A DNA stretch of 24,000 nt from an uncultured Saccharophagus sp. GTDB lineage: Bacteria; Pseudomonadota; Gammaproteobacteria; Pseudomonadales; Cellvibrionaceae. This document shows, one piece after another, positions 17,115 through 24,000 of this stretch. Both the position numbers and the translations under genes were made by a program. Every line of letters starts with the position of its first letter. Within the stretch, counting starts at the first letter, position 1. The notes beneath the pieces are model-generated. The model had not been told where the DNA came from. It saw only the letters and a list, made by a program, of their open reading frames with translations, and searched no databases. The DNA lies in contig CAYZVN010000011.1 of assembly GCA_964482025.1 (NCBI GenBank), forward strand, positions 18,363 to 42,362, given 5' to 3'.

Positions 17115-18173
17115 ATGATGTTGAGAAAAACAGCAATGTTAGGAAAGAGTGCATCCGCGATAGCGCACACCTTGTGCATTGGCATCCTCTGGGCCTGGAG
17201 CCTCGGGGTCCTGGCCACCGTCGATGTGGTGAAATCTGTGCCCATTGACGCCCGCGTTATGAAGTTTCCCAGCATTTCCCTCGACGGCATTTCCTATGAT
17301 GCTTTGCGCTTTGAATACGCCATGCGCGGAGCGGTCGAGGTGGCGACCGTCAATGCCGCTTTAGAAACCTTGCAGTGCAATGGCCAAGCGCGGCAGAACC
17401 ATTATTTAGCGGTGGATTATCGTGGACCTGAGGTCATTTTCCGCATCAGAGATGAACGCCAAAATCGCGTCCTCCTCCTGCAAAAGCTCGATACCAACGG
17501 CACCTACGAATACGGTCAGGGTGCGTGCGATGGCAATGCCGGCTTGCAGGGGCGTTTTGAGCGCGAAAAGCCGACTTTGCTGGCCGCGCTCGATAAGCAA
17601 GTAAAGCGCGCCGCTTTGACGCAGATGGAAAACTATATTCAGAACAATACGGTTTTGGATTATGAAGATATAAGCTTCCCGCTTTTTTATTTTCCGGCGA
17701 GTGGTTCGCGTTATGAATCTTTGAATCAAGCCTTCGATCGCGCTCGCGAAGCCTTTGCTCTTTCCACCCAATATGGGATCACCAAGGAAGCCGATGATTT
17801 ACTAAAATTGGTGGCAGCTGTGTGGACGCGGGAAGTGAACGCAATTGCCGCTGCAAAAAATGTAACGGAAGAAAATAAATCGATCAGTTTGGCACTGCAT
17901 CGCAATTTAACTCACGTGTATTTTTACCTGCGCAACTACGACCAGGCGCGTCGCCACGATGCTCTGGCAATCTCCAAAGGAATGCCGGAAGAGGAATCGC
18001 ACCAATCGTTAATTCTCGAGCACGAACACCGCACCATTTTAAGTCCCAAAGTTGCCGCCAACTTAGTACTAACCGCCAACCTCTACCGTTTCGGCCAAAA
18101 TGCCATTCGCCATGCGCGCTTGGTAGAAGTGGATACTTTTGCGGAGTTGGAGCGGGCGTTGGGGCAGCGGTGA
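17115..18173 (+). CDS. Hypothetical exported protein with no family recognised
   Basis: This is the 17031..18173 track ORF. The likely start is the ATG ATG at 17115/17118, giving MMLRKTAMLGKSASAIAHTLCIGILWAWSLGVLA (a signal peptide or signal anchor). The rest is soluble-looking, with two Cys residues (LQCNG, GACDG) and a helical C-terminal half. Confidence 0.6.
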   Translation: MMLRKTAMLGKSASAIAHTLCIGILWAWSLGVLATVDVVKSVPIDARVMKFPSISLDGISYDALRFEYAMRGAVEVATVNAALETLQCNGQARQNHYLAVDYRGPEVIFRIRDERQNRVLLLQKLDTNGTYEYGQGACDGNAGLQGRFEREKPTLLAALDKQVKRAALTQMENYIQNNTVLDYEDISFPLFYFPASGSRYESLNQAFDRAREAFALSTQYGITKEADDLLKLVAAVWTREVNAIAAAKNVTEENKSISLALHRNLTHVYFYLRNYDQARRHDALAISKGMPEEESHQSLILEHEHRTILSPKVAANLVLTANLYRFGQNAIRHARLVEVDTFAELERALGQR

Positions 18174-18377
18174 TTCGATTGATATTGAAGATGCCGGCAA
18201 AGACACGCGCTTAGTTCCCATGAGCGAACTTCTAAGCGTGTGCCCTCATCCTAGCCAGTCGCCCCATAGCGAAAATTAATCAATATCTGTTCAAAAACCG
18301 CGCACTTGCACTTAATTCGAGGCGCGCGACTCTTTAGACTTCACAGCCTCTTTAATCTTACGAGGCTACATGCTGCC

Positions 18378-19970
18378 ATGAGCTCAACTGGAATTGCGTT
18401 TCATCACCCCACTTTTTTCTGGCTGGGCTGTGTGGCTATTACCTTGGGGGTGCTGGCGCATGTTCCTATGTTCGTCCATGCATCGCATATGGGTTACCAC
18501 ATGGCCGGCATGCCGATGGATACCACTATGCTGGTGGGAATGGGGTTGATTCCGTTGGGGCTGCTATTTGCGGCTTACGGACTGGCACCGCGCCTGGGGC
18601 TGTTGCGGGTGGAGGAGCACGCGAACCTGCATTTTCATGTGGCGGACCGCCTGCCGCTTAATGGCGAGCACTGGAAGCTGGTGGTCGTGCTGGTGGTGGC
18701 GGTGGCGGTGGATGTGATGAAGCCGGCCACGCTCGGTTTTGTGATGCCGGGGATGACGAAAGAGTACGGCATCACCTCGGAAACGGCGGGAGTTCTGGCG
18801 CTGGTGGCCTTAACGGGCACTACGGTGGGGTCGATTCTCTGGGGCGTGCTGGCGGATATTCTGGGGCGTCGAGCCGCCATTTTACTGTCGGCGCTGATGT
18901 TTATCGGCACTGCGATTTGTGGCGCCATGCCGTCATTTAACTGGAATCTCATCATGTGCTTTTTGATGGGGCTCTCCGCCGGAGGTCTGCTGCCGATTAC
19001 GTTTACGCTGATGGCGGAGTCCATTCCATCGGCACACCGGGGCTGGTTGCTGGTGGCCTTGGGCGGCATAGGCACCTCTGCCGGTTACCTTATGGCCGCC
19101 GGTTCTGCGGCGGTGTTGGAACCCATCTTTAGTTGGCGAATTCTGTGGATGCTCGGCTTGCCGACCGGTCTTTTGGTGATCTTTCTCAATCGTTATATTC
19201 CCGAATCGCCGCGCTATCTCGCTAACAAAGGCTTGATGCGCGAGGCGCGCCAGGTGTTGATGCGCTTTGGCGGCGGCGCCAGCGACCCGGAAGAGGCGGT
19301 GGTTGCAGAGGAGGCGCCGGCAGCCGAAGGCGGCTTTCGCGATCTGTTTCGCCCGCCCTATGTGGGCATTACCATCGGCTTATTCATCGCCGGCATCGCC
19401 TGGGGCTTGGTGAACTTCGGCTTTATGCTTTGGTTGCCCACCAATTTGCGTGCGCTGGACTTGGGTGGCCAAGCGGATGCGTTACTGGCGCAATCGGCAT
19501 TTTTCGCGGTGCCCGGTATCGCTTTGGTGATCTGGCTGTATCACCGCTGGAGTAGCATCAAAACGCTGGTGCTGTTTACCGCTTTCACCGCCGCGTCTCT
19601 GGGCCTTTTTGTGGTGCTCGATTTTCTCAATATCCGCTCTGTGCCGGCGTTCGCTGCCGCCATCGCCCTGTTATTGGTCAGCGCCAGCGGCATTATCGCC
19701 ATGCTGATTCCCTATGCGGCGGAAATTTTCCCGGTGCATCTACGCGGTACGGGAGCCGGCTTAGTGGCAGCGAGTTCTAAACTTGGCGGCATTCTCGGCG
19801 CATTGGTGGGCATTGTCGGGCTTTTTAATGATTTGACGATTTCCGCTGTGGTGATTTGCATCCCTCTGGTGATCTCTGCCGTGTTGCTGCTGCGCAGCGG
19901 CATTGATACGCGCGGTTTACGTCTTGAAGATGTGCATTCGGCCATGCTGGAGCGTTCGCTCAGCCGCTAG
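18378..19970 (+). CDS. MFS transporter (sugar-porter-like core) with an additional Met/His-rich two-helix N-terminal module
   Basis: MFS motif A is present (GVLADILGRRAA), along with PESPRYL and AEIFPVHLRGTG motifs. About 12 core TM helices are preceded by two extra helices. These flank the loop HVPMFVHASHMGYHMAGMPMDTTM. The in-frame ATG at 18378 is preferred over the TTG at 18306. Confidence 0.85.
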   Translation: MSSTGIAFHHPTFFWLGCVAITLGVLAHVPMFVHASHMGYHMAGMPMDTTMLVGMGLIPLGLLFAAYGLAPRLGLLRVEEHANLHFHVADRLPLNGEHWKLVVVLVVAVAVDVMKPATLGFVMPGMTKEYGITSETAGVLALVALTGTTVGSILWGVLADILGRRAAILLSALMFIGTAICGAMPSFNWNLIMCFLMGLSAGGLLPITFTLMAESIPSAHRGWLLVALGGIGTSAGYLMAAGSAAVLEPIFSWRILWMLGLPTGLLVIFLNRYIPESPRYLANKGLMREARQVLMRFGGGASDPEEAVVAEEAPAAEGGFRDLFRPPYVGITIGLFIAGIAWGLVNFGFMLWLPTNLRALDLGGQADALLAQSAFFAVPGIALVIWLYHRWSSIKTLVLFTAFTAASLGLFVVLDFLNIRSVPAFAAAIALLLVSASGIIAMLIPYAAEIFPVHLRGTGAGLVAASSKLGGILGALVGIVGLFNDLTISAVVICIPLVISAVLLLRSGIDTRGLRLEDVHSAMLERSLSR

Positions 19971-20056
19971 GCCTCTTTCCCCTCTCCACTGCTGCCTGCT
20001 CGGCAGCTCTGGCGGCCCCCGGCGCAACCAATGACTGTATTGAGATTGCGAGTTTC

Positions 20057-20086
20057 TTGCCTGTTTGTGGAGGGTGCCGCTACACT
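20057..20086 (+). promoter_or_regulatory. Candidate sigma70-type promoter for the ABC operon
   Basis: TTGCCT (20057..20062) and TACACT (20081..20086) are separated by an 18-nt spacer. This is a pattern match only. Confidence 0.2.
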
Positions 20087-20153
20087 GACTTACTCAAGGC
20101 AGGGACACGCGTCGCCTAGGCCCATACGGAATCACACAGCTGTAGGCCCATCT

Positions 20154-20197
20154 CCTAATAGATGTTCATAGCCCTAATCGATGCCCTTATTCCTAAT
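20154..20197 (+). repeat. Three direct CCTAAT repeats at exact 19-bp spacing upstream of the ABC ATPase gene
   Basis: CCTAAT occurs at 20154, 20173 and 20192. The first two copies extend to CCTAATaGATG and CCTAATcGATG. Two TAGGCCCA octamers (20117 and 20143) lie just upstream. The last copy ends 25 nt before the ATG at 20223. Confidence 0.5.
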
Positions 20198-20222
20198 TAA
20201 TAGTAGCGCCAATGGCTGATTC

Positions 20223-20924
20223 ATGATCGAGCTCGACGATATCCATAAATATTACGGCCAGGGCGACCGCCGTTTACACGTATTGAAAGGCATCTTTCTC
20301 AAAGTTCACGAAGGTGAGATGGTTTCCATTATGGGATCATCCGGCTCGGGAAAATCGACGCTGCTGAATATTCTCGGGCTGCTCGATAGTCACGACAGCG
20401 GCCGCTATAAACTTGCCGGCATTCCTATTGGCCACCTAAAGGAGGCGCAGGCAGCGGCGCTGCGCAATCGCCATATTGGTTTTGTCTTCCAATCCTTTAA
20501 TTTATTACCCTTCAAAAATGCCACGGAAAATGTGGCGCTACCTTTGTATTATCAAAAAGTAGGCCGTCGTGAGCGCAATAAAAAAGCGCGGGAATTATTA
20601 GAGATGGTTGGCTTGGCCGAGCGTGCGGAGCATATGCCCAACCAAATGTCTGGCGGCCAAAAACAGCGTGTCGCCATCGCCCGCGCATTGGTGACGGATC
20701 CGCAAGTGATTTTGGCCGATGAACCGACCGGCGCGTTGGACAGTGCGACCACTCAGGAGGTGATGGCGCTGTTCAAGCAGGTTCATCGCCTGGGTAAAAC
20801 CTTGGTGATTGTGACTCACGAAAAAGAAATTGCCGAGCAGACTCAGCGCATCGTCACCATTAAGGATGGGCTGATCACGCGGGATCGTTACGTAGAAGCT
20901 GCACAAGCGGAAAAATTACCGTGA
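20223..20924 (+). CDS. ABC transporter ATP-binding protein (MacB/LolD-type ATPase)
   Basis: Present are Walker [10 protein letters not shown], the signature MSGGQKQR, Walker B VILADEPT and the H-loop IVTHE. The N-terminus (LDDIHKYYG...RLHVLKGI) is typical of the LolD/MacB-type ABC subfamily. Confidence 0.92.
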   Translation: MIELDDIHKYYGQGDRRLHVLKGIFLKVHEGEMVSIMGSSGSGKSTLLNILGLLDSHDSGRYKLAGIPIGHLKEAQAAALRNRHIGFVFQSFNLLPFKNATENVALPLYYQKVGRRERNKKARELLEMVGLAERAEHMPNQMSGGQKQRVAIARALVTDPQVILADEPTGALDSATTQEVMALFKQVHRLGKTLVIVTHEKEIAEQTQRIVTIKDGLITRDRYVEAAQAEKLP

Positions 20925-22174
20925 TCCCGGATGGCGTGCAGGAAATTCTCTACTCTTTGCAGCGCAATAAGTTGCGCACAGCACTCACGGCCTTTGGGGT
21001 TTTTTGGGGAATTTTTATGCTGGTGCTGCTGCTTGGCGCCGGCACCGGTTTGAAGCGTGGCATCGAAAAAGGCTTCAGCAGCGATGTGCGCAACAGTATG
21101 TGGATTCGCGGAACTCGCACCTCGGTTCCCTACAAAGGCCTCGCCCACGGCCGCCGCGTACAATTTACCGAAGCGGATATGGACGCAATTCGCCTGCAGA
21201 TTCCCAAGGTCGATATCGTCACGGCGGAAAATCCGCTCGGGTCCGCGCGCGCTGCGGATATTCAAGTGACCTACGGCAATAACTCCGGCGCTTTCGGGGT
21301 TTTTGGGGTGGCAAAAGATTACTTTGAGATTAAGCGCTATCAAGAATACCGCCTGGGCCGGCGGCTGAATAATCTGGACGATGATGAGCAGCGCAAAGTG
21401 ACGACGATCGGTACCCGGGTAAAAGAGCGGCTGTTTGGCGATCAGAATCCAATCGGCGAGCAGGTTACGGTCAACGGCGTGAACTTTAAGGTGGTTGGCG
21501 TTTTTTACGATAGCGGATGGGAAGGGCGAATGTCCGAACGCCTTTACATACCGCTTAGCACCTTCCAAAAAACATTCGGCATTGGCGAGAATATTTCCGT
21601 GATGGCGGTGACACCTGCGGCCGGTTATAGCGGCGACGATATTGCCCCGGCCATAGATAGTTTATTGAAGCAGCGCCACAACATCGCCCCGTCGGACCGC
21701 AAGGCCCTTTATATTTACGACCTGGCGAAACAATCCGCACAGCTCTATGCCACGATCAACGCCATTAATTTGTTTATTTGGTTTGTCGGCATCGGCACGC
21801 TTATGGCCGGAATTGTGGGCATTAGCAATATTATGATCATCACCGTCAAGGAGCGCACAGTCGAAATTGGCATTCGCAAAGCACTCGGCGCGCCGCCTTG
21901 GAATATTATCCGCACCATTATTCTCGAAGCCGTTATGGTTACCGCGTTTGCGGGCTATGCCGGATTGGTATTGGCGGTAGGGCTGTTGGAGTTGGTGAAC
22001 TTTACCCTCACTTCTATGAATATAGAGCTGAACTTTTTTACCCAACCGGAAGTGAATTTTTCTGTGGCTATGACTGCGCTGGGAATTTTGGTTGGCTGCG
22101 GTGTTCTCGCCGGCTTTTTTCCCGCTTGGCATGCCGCCCGCGTTTCTCCCATTGAAGCCATGCGAGCGCAGTAG
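20921..22174 (+). CDS. ABC transporter permease, MacB/FtsX type (paralogue 1)
   Basis: The protein has an N-terminal TM helix (LRTALTAFGVFWGIFMLVLLLGAG) and a periplasmic domain of about 230 aa. It ends in a C-terminal FtsX-type three-helix bundle (ITVKERTVEIGIRKALGA...). The GTG start overlaps the ATPase TGA (GTGA at 20921..20924). Confidence 0.9.
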   Translation: MIPDGVQEILYSLQRNKLRTALTAFGVFWGIFMLVLLLGAGTGLKRGIEKGFSSDVRNSMWIRGTRTSVPYKGLAHGRRVQFTEADMDAIRLQIPKVDIVTAENPLGSARAADIQVTYGNNSGAFGVFGVAKDYFEIKRYQEYRLGRRLNNLDDDEQRKVTTIGTRVKERLFGDQNPIGEQVTVNGVNFKVVGVFYDSGWEGRMSERLYIPLSTFQKTFGIGENISVMAVTPAAGYSGDDIAPAIDSLLKQRHNIAPSDRKALYIYDLAKQSAQLYATINAINLFIWFVGIGTLMAGIVGISNIMIITVKERTVEIGIRKALGAPPWNIIRTIILEAVMVTAFAGYAGLVLAVGLLELVNFTLTSMNIELNFFTQPEVNFSVAMTALGILVGCGVLAGFFPAWHAARVSPIEAMRAQ

Positions 22175-22176
22175 CC

Positions 22177-23436
22177 ATGTTTGATCTGGACAACTGGCAA
22201 GAAATTTACGCCACCTTAAAAAAGCATAAATTGCGCTCGGGTCTCACCGCGTTCGGCGTTATGTGGGGTGTTTTTATGCTGGTGGTGTTGCTGGGTGTGG
22301 GCAACGGTCTGCGCAACGATACGCTCTCAGGTTTCGGTGACAATGCCAATACGGTGTATGTCTGGACGGCATCGCGCACGCAGATTCCTCATCAAGGATT
22401 TGATAAAAATCGCTGGGTGATGTTTCGCCCCGACGATGCGGTGGCCATCAAAGCGCGCATTCCGGAAGCGGAGGTGGTGTTGGGAATCAACGAGGTGGGC
22501 GGTTGGCAGGCGGCCCAATATATAGTACGCGGTGATAATAGCGGTTCATTTATTGCTCGTGGGGCGCACCCGGAAACCTCCGCTATGAGTTCGTTCAAAC
22601 CCGTGCAGGGCCGCTTTATTAATCGCCGAGATAATCAGGAGTACCGCAAAGTCGCGGTGATCGGCACCCAAGTTTACGAGACTTTATTTGAGCCAGAGGA
22701 AAACCCAATCGGCGAGAGTATTCAGATTGGCGGCGTGGACTTTCTGGTGGTCGGTGTGTTTCAGCCTATGGCGGCCGGCGAGCAATCCATGCAGGACGCG
22801 GAGCTGGTGCTGATTCCCAACGAAACTCTGCGCTACACCTTCAATCAGACGTGGTACTACGGCCATTTGCGGATGACGCCCAAGCCCGGTGCTTCCGGAG
22901 AGATCTTGGAGCAAAAAGCGCTGTCCCTGCTGCGCGAGCGCCATAAAGTTCACCCTGAAGACACTGGCGTATTCGGCAGTTTTAATACTGAAAAAGCGTT
23001 TCAGCAGGTGCAGGGTTTGTTTACCGGAATTGCCGCCTTCAGTTGGTTTGTCGCCATAGGCACCATACTCGCGGGTGTGATTGGCGTGGGTAATATCATG
23101 TTGATTACGGTAAAAGAGCGCACCCGGGAAATTGGTCTGCGCAAGGCGCTGGGTGCAACCGCGCGCTCGATTGTGGGAATGGTAGTGCAGGAGGCCGTCG
23201 TAATCACCGCAGTCGCCGGTTACACGGGGCTGGTGCTTGGGGTGCTGGTGTTGGAAATGATTCGCTCTCTCGGTGAAAAATTGCCGGACATGCGTTTTCT
23301 TTCGGTAGTGGAAATCGATTTGCGCACCGCCGTCACGGCGATTGTGGTTCTGGTTGTCGCGGGGTTTCTCGCCTCCCTGCTACCGGCCAGAAAAGCCGCC
23401 AAGGTCAATCCGATAGTCGCGCTGCAGGATGAATAA
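22177..23436 (+). CDS. ABC transporter permease, MacB/FtsX type (paralogue 2)
   Basis: The architecture matches the preceding gene, and the shared blocks are clearly paralogous (LRSGLTAFGVMWGVFMLVVLLGVG; ITVKERTREIGLRKALGA...). It starts 2 nt after the upstream stop. Confidence 0.9.
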   Translation: MFDLDNWQEIYATLKKHKLRSGLTAFGVMWGVFMLVVLLGVGNGLRNDTLSGFGDNANTVYVWTASRTQIPHQGFDKNRWVMFRPDDAVAIKARIPEAEVVLGINEVGGWQAAQYIVRGDNSGSFIARGAHPETSAMSSFKPVQGRFINRRDNQEYRKVAVIGTQVYETLFEPEENPIGESIQIGGVDFLVVGVFQPMAAGEQSMQDAELVLIPNETLRYTFNQTWYYGHLRMTPKPGASGEILEQKALSLLRERHKVHPEDTGVFGSFNTEKAFQQVQGLFTGIAAFSWFVAIGTILAGVIGVGNIMLITVKERTREIGLRKALGATARSIVGMVVQEAVVITAVAGYTGLVLGVLVLEMIRSLGEKLPDMRFLSVVEIDLRTAVTAIVVLVVAGFLASLLPARKAAKVNPIVALQDE

Positions 23437-23484
23437 AGGGCGCGGTAACGAATTTATGTATTTAAAGTGAATAAATGAGGGTGC

Positions 23485-24000
23485 ATGAAAAAGTTCTTTC
23501 TGATGGTATTAGGGATTGGGGTTCTGGTGGTGTTTATCGGCACCACCATTTTTTTGTACCGAAAATCCCATGAGGAGCCGGTGGTTTATCAAACCGCCAA
23601 GCCCTTTGTGACGGATATAGTGCGCAAAACGGTGGCTACAGGAAAAATCGTGCCGCGCAAAGAGATCGCCGTAAAATCCCGTGTCCCAGGGGTGATTGAT
23701 GAAGTCTATGTGGAGGCGGGACAAAAGATCGCCAAAGGCGAACTGATTGCCAAAATTGAATTGCTGCCGGATCTTGCGTTTCTGAGCAGTGCCGAGTCCG
23801 AATTAGAAAAAGCCCGTATTAATCTTGCCAACGCCAAGCGCGACTATGAGCGGCAGCGGGTTCTGTTTCACGACAAATTGATTTCGGAGCTGGACTTTAA
23901 TCGCTTCGAATTGCAATACCACTTAGCCGCTGAAGCCGTTAAAGCGGCCGAAAATAACGTCGCGTTGATTCGCGATGGCGCCAGCAAAGCGTCTGGCATG
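23485..24000 (+). CDS. HlyD/MacA-type periplasmic adaptor (membrane fusion protein); partial, continues beyond the right edge
   Basis: Not in the ORF track because it has no stop in the window. It translates to MKKFFLMVLGIGVLVVFIGTTIFLYRKSHEEPVVYQTAKPFVTDIVRKTVATGKIVPRKEIAVKSRVPGVIDEVYVEAGQKIAKGELIAKIE... This gives an N-terminal anchor helix, a lipoyl-like hairpin and then a coiled-coil-like segment. GAGGG lies just upstream of the ATG. Confidence 0.85.
   Translation, partial: MKKFFLMVLGIGVLVVFIGTTIFLYRKSHEEPVVYQTAKPFVTDIVRKTVATGKIVPRKEIAVKSRVPGVIDEVYVEAGQKIAKGELIAKIELLPDLAFLSSAESELEKARINLANAKRDYERQRVLFHDKLISELDFNRFELQYHLAAEAVKAAENNVALIRDGASKASGM

Noticed and set aside
18204-18242. 11-bp stem (one G-U pair) with a 17-nt loop, 31 nt downstream of the orphan protein gene.
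   Set aside because: The loop is long and no U-tract follows (CCCTCATCC). It could be a weak terminator, but the evidence is insufficient to call it.
19991-20007. Short hairpin GCTGCC-TGCTC-GGCAGC just after the MFS stop codon.
   Set aside because: The stem is only 6 bp and there is no U-tract, which is too weak to annotate as a terminator.
20888-21568. 226-aa minus-strand ORF overlapping the end of the ATPase gene and the first permease gene.
   Set aside because: It is antisense to two genes with clear ABC and FtsX motifs, and its translation has no recognisable features. It is a shadow ORF.
1-24000. Window-wide look for CRISPR arrays, IS elements, transposases, integrases, tRNA/rRNA genes, long terminal inverted repeats and known defence-system genes.
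   Set aside because: By eye I found no spaced repeat arrays longer than the three short CCTAAT copies. I also found no recombinase-like ORFs and no cloverleaf-compatible intergenic segments. The few intergenic regions are short and are accounted for above.

Overview
This window looks like a chromosomal segment of a moderately GC-rich gammaproteobacterium. The gene order resembles Pseudomonas and Cellvibrionales, but the organism is not identified. The centre (6.1-17 kb) is a conserved housekeeping block. It holds dxs, then the minus-strand cluster lptD-surA-pdxA-rsmA(ksgA)-apaG-apaH, and amgK-murU (peptidoglycan-recycling bypass) diverging from lptD. The left flank (1-6.1 kb) holds the start of a PQQ operon: the 23-aa pqqA, which the ORF track missed, and a partial pqqB. 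It also holds a small nucleotidyltransferase gene with a small 2-TM protein gene, an adjacent sodC and katE (HPII catalase) pair, and a SemiSWEET-like PQ-loop gene. The right flank (17-24 kb) is the least conserved-looking part. It holds an orphan secreted protein, an MFS transporter with an extra Met/His-rich N-terminal module, and an intergenic region with phased direct repeats. It ends with a four-gene ABC efflux operon (ATPase, two paralogous MacB/FtsX-type permeases, and a partial HlyD-type adaptor not in the ORF track). I found no rRNA, tRNA, CRISPR array, transposase, integrase or recognisable defence genes. I see no clear novel system. The best candidates for follow-up are the Met/His-rich MFS, the orphan protein, the repeat-bearing regulatory region and split ABC/adaptor operon, and the NTase + 2-TM pair. 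All functional calls rest on by-eye motif recognition and synteny, not on database searches.
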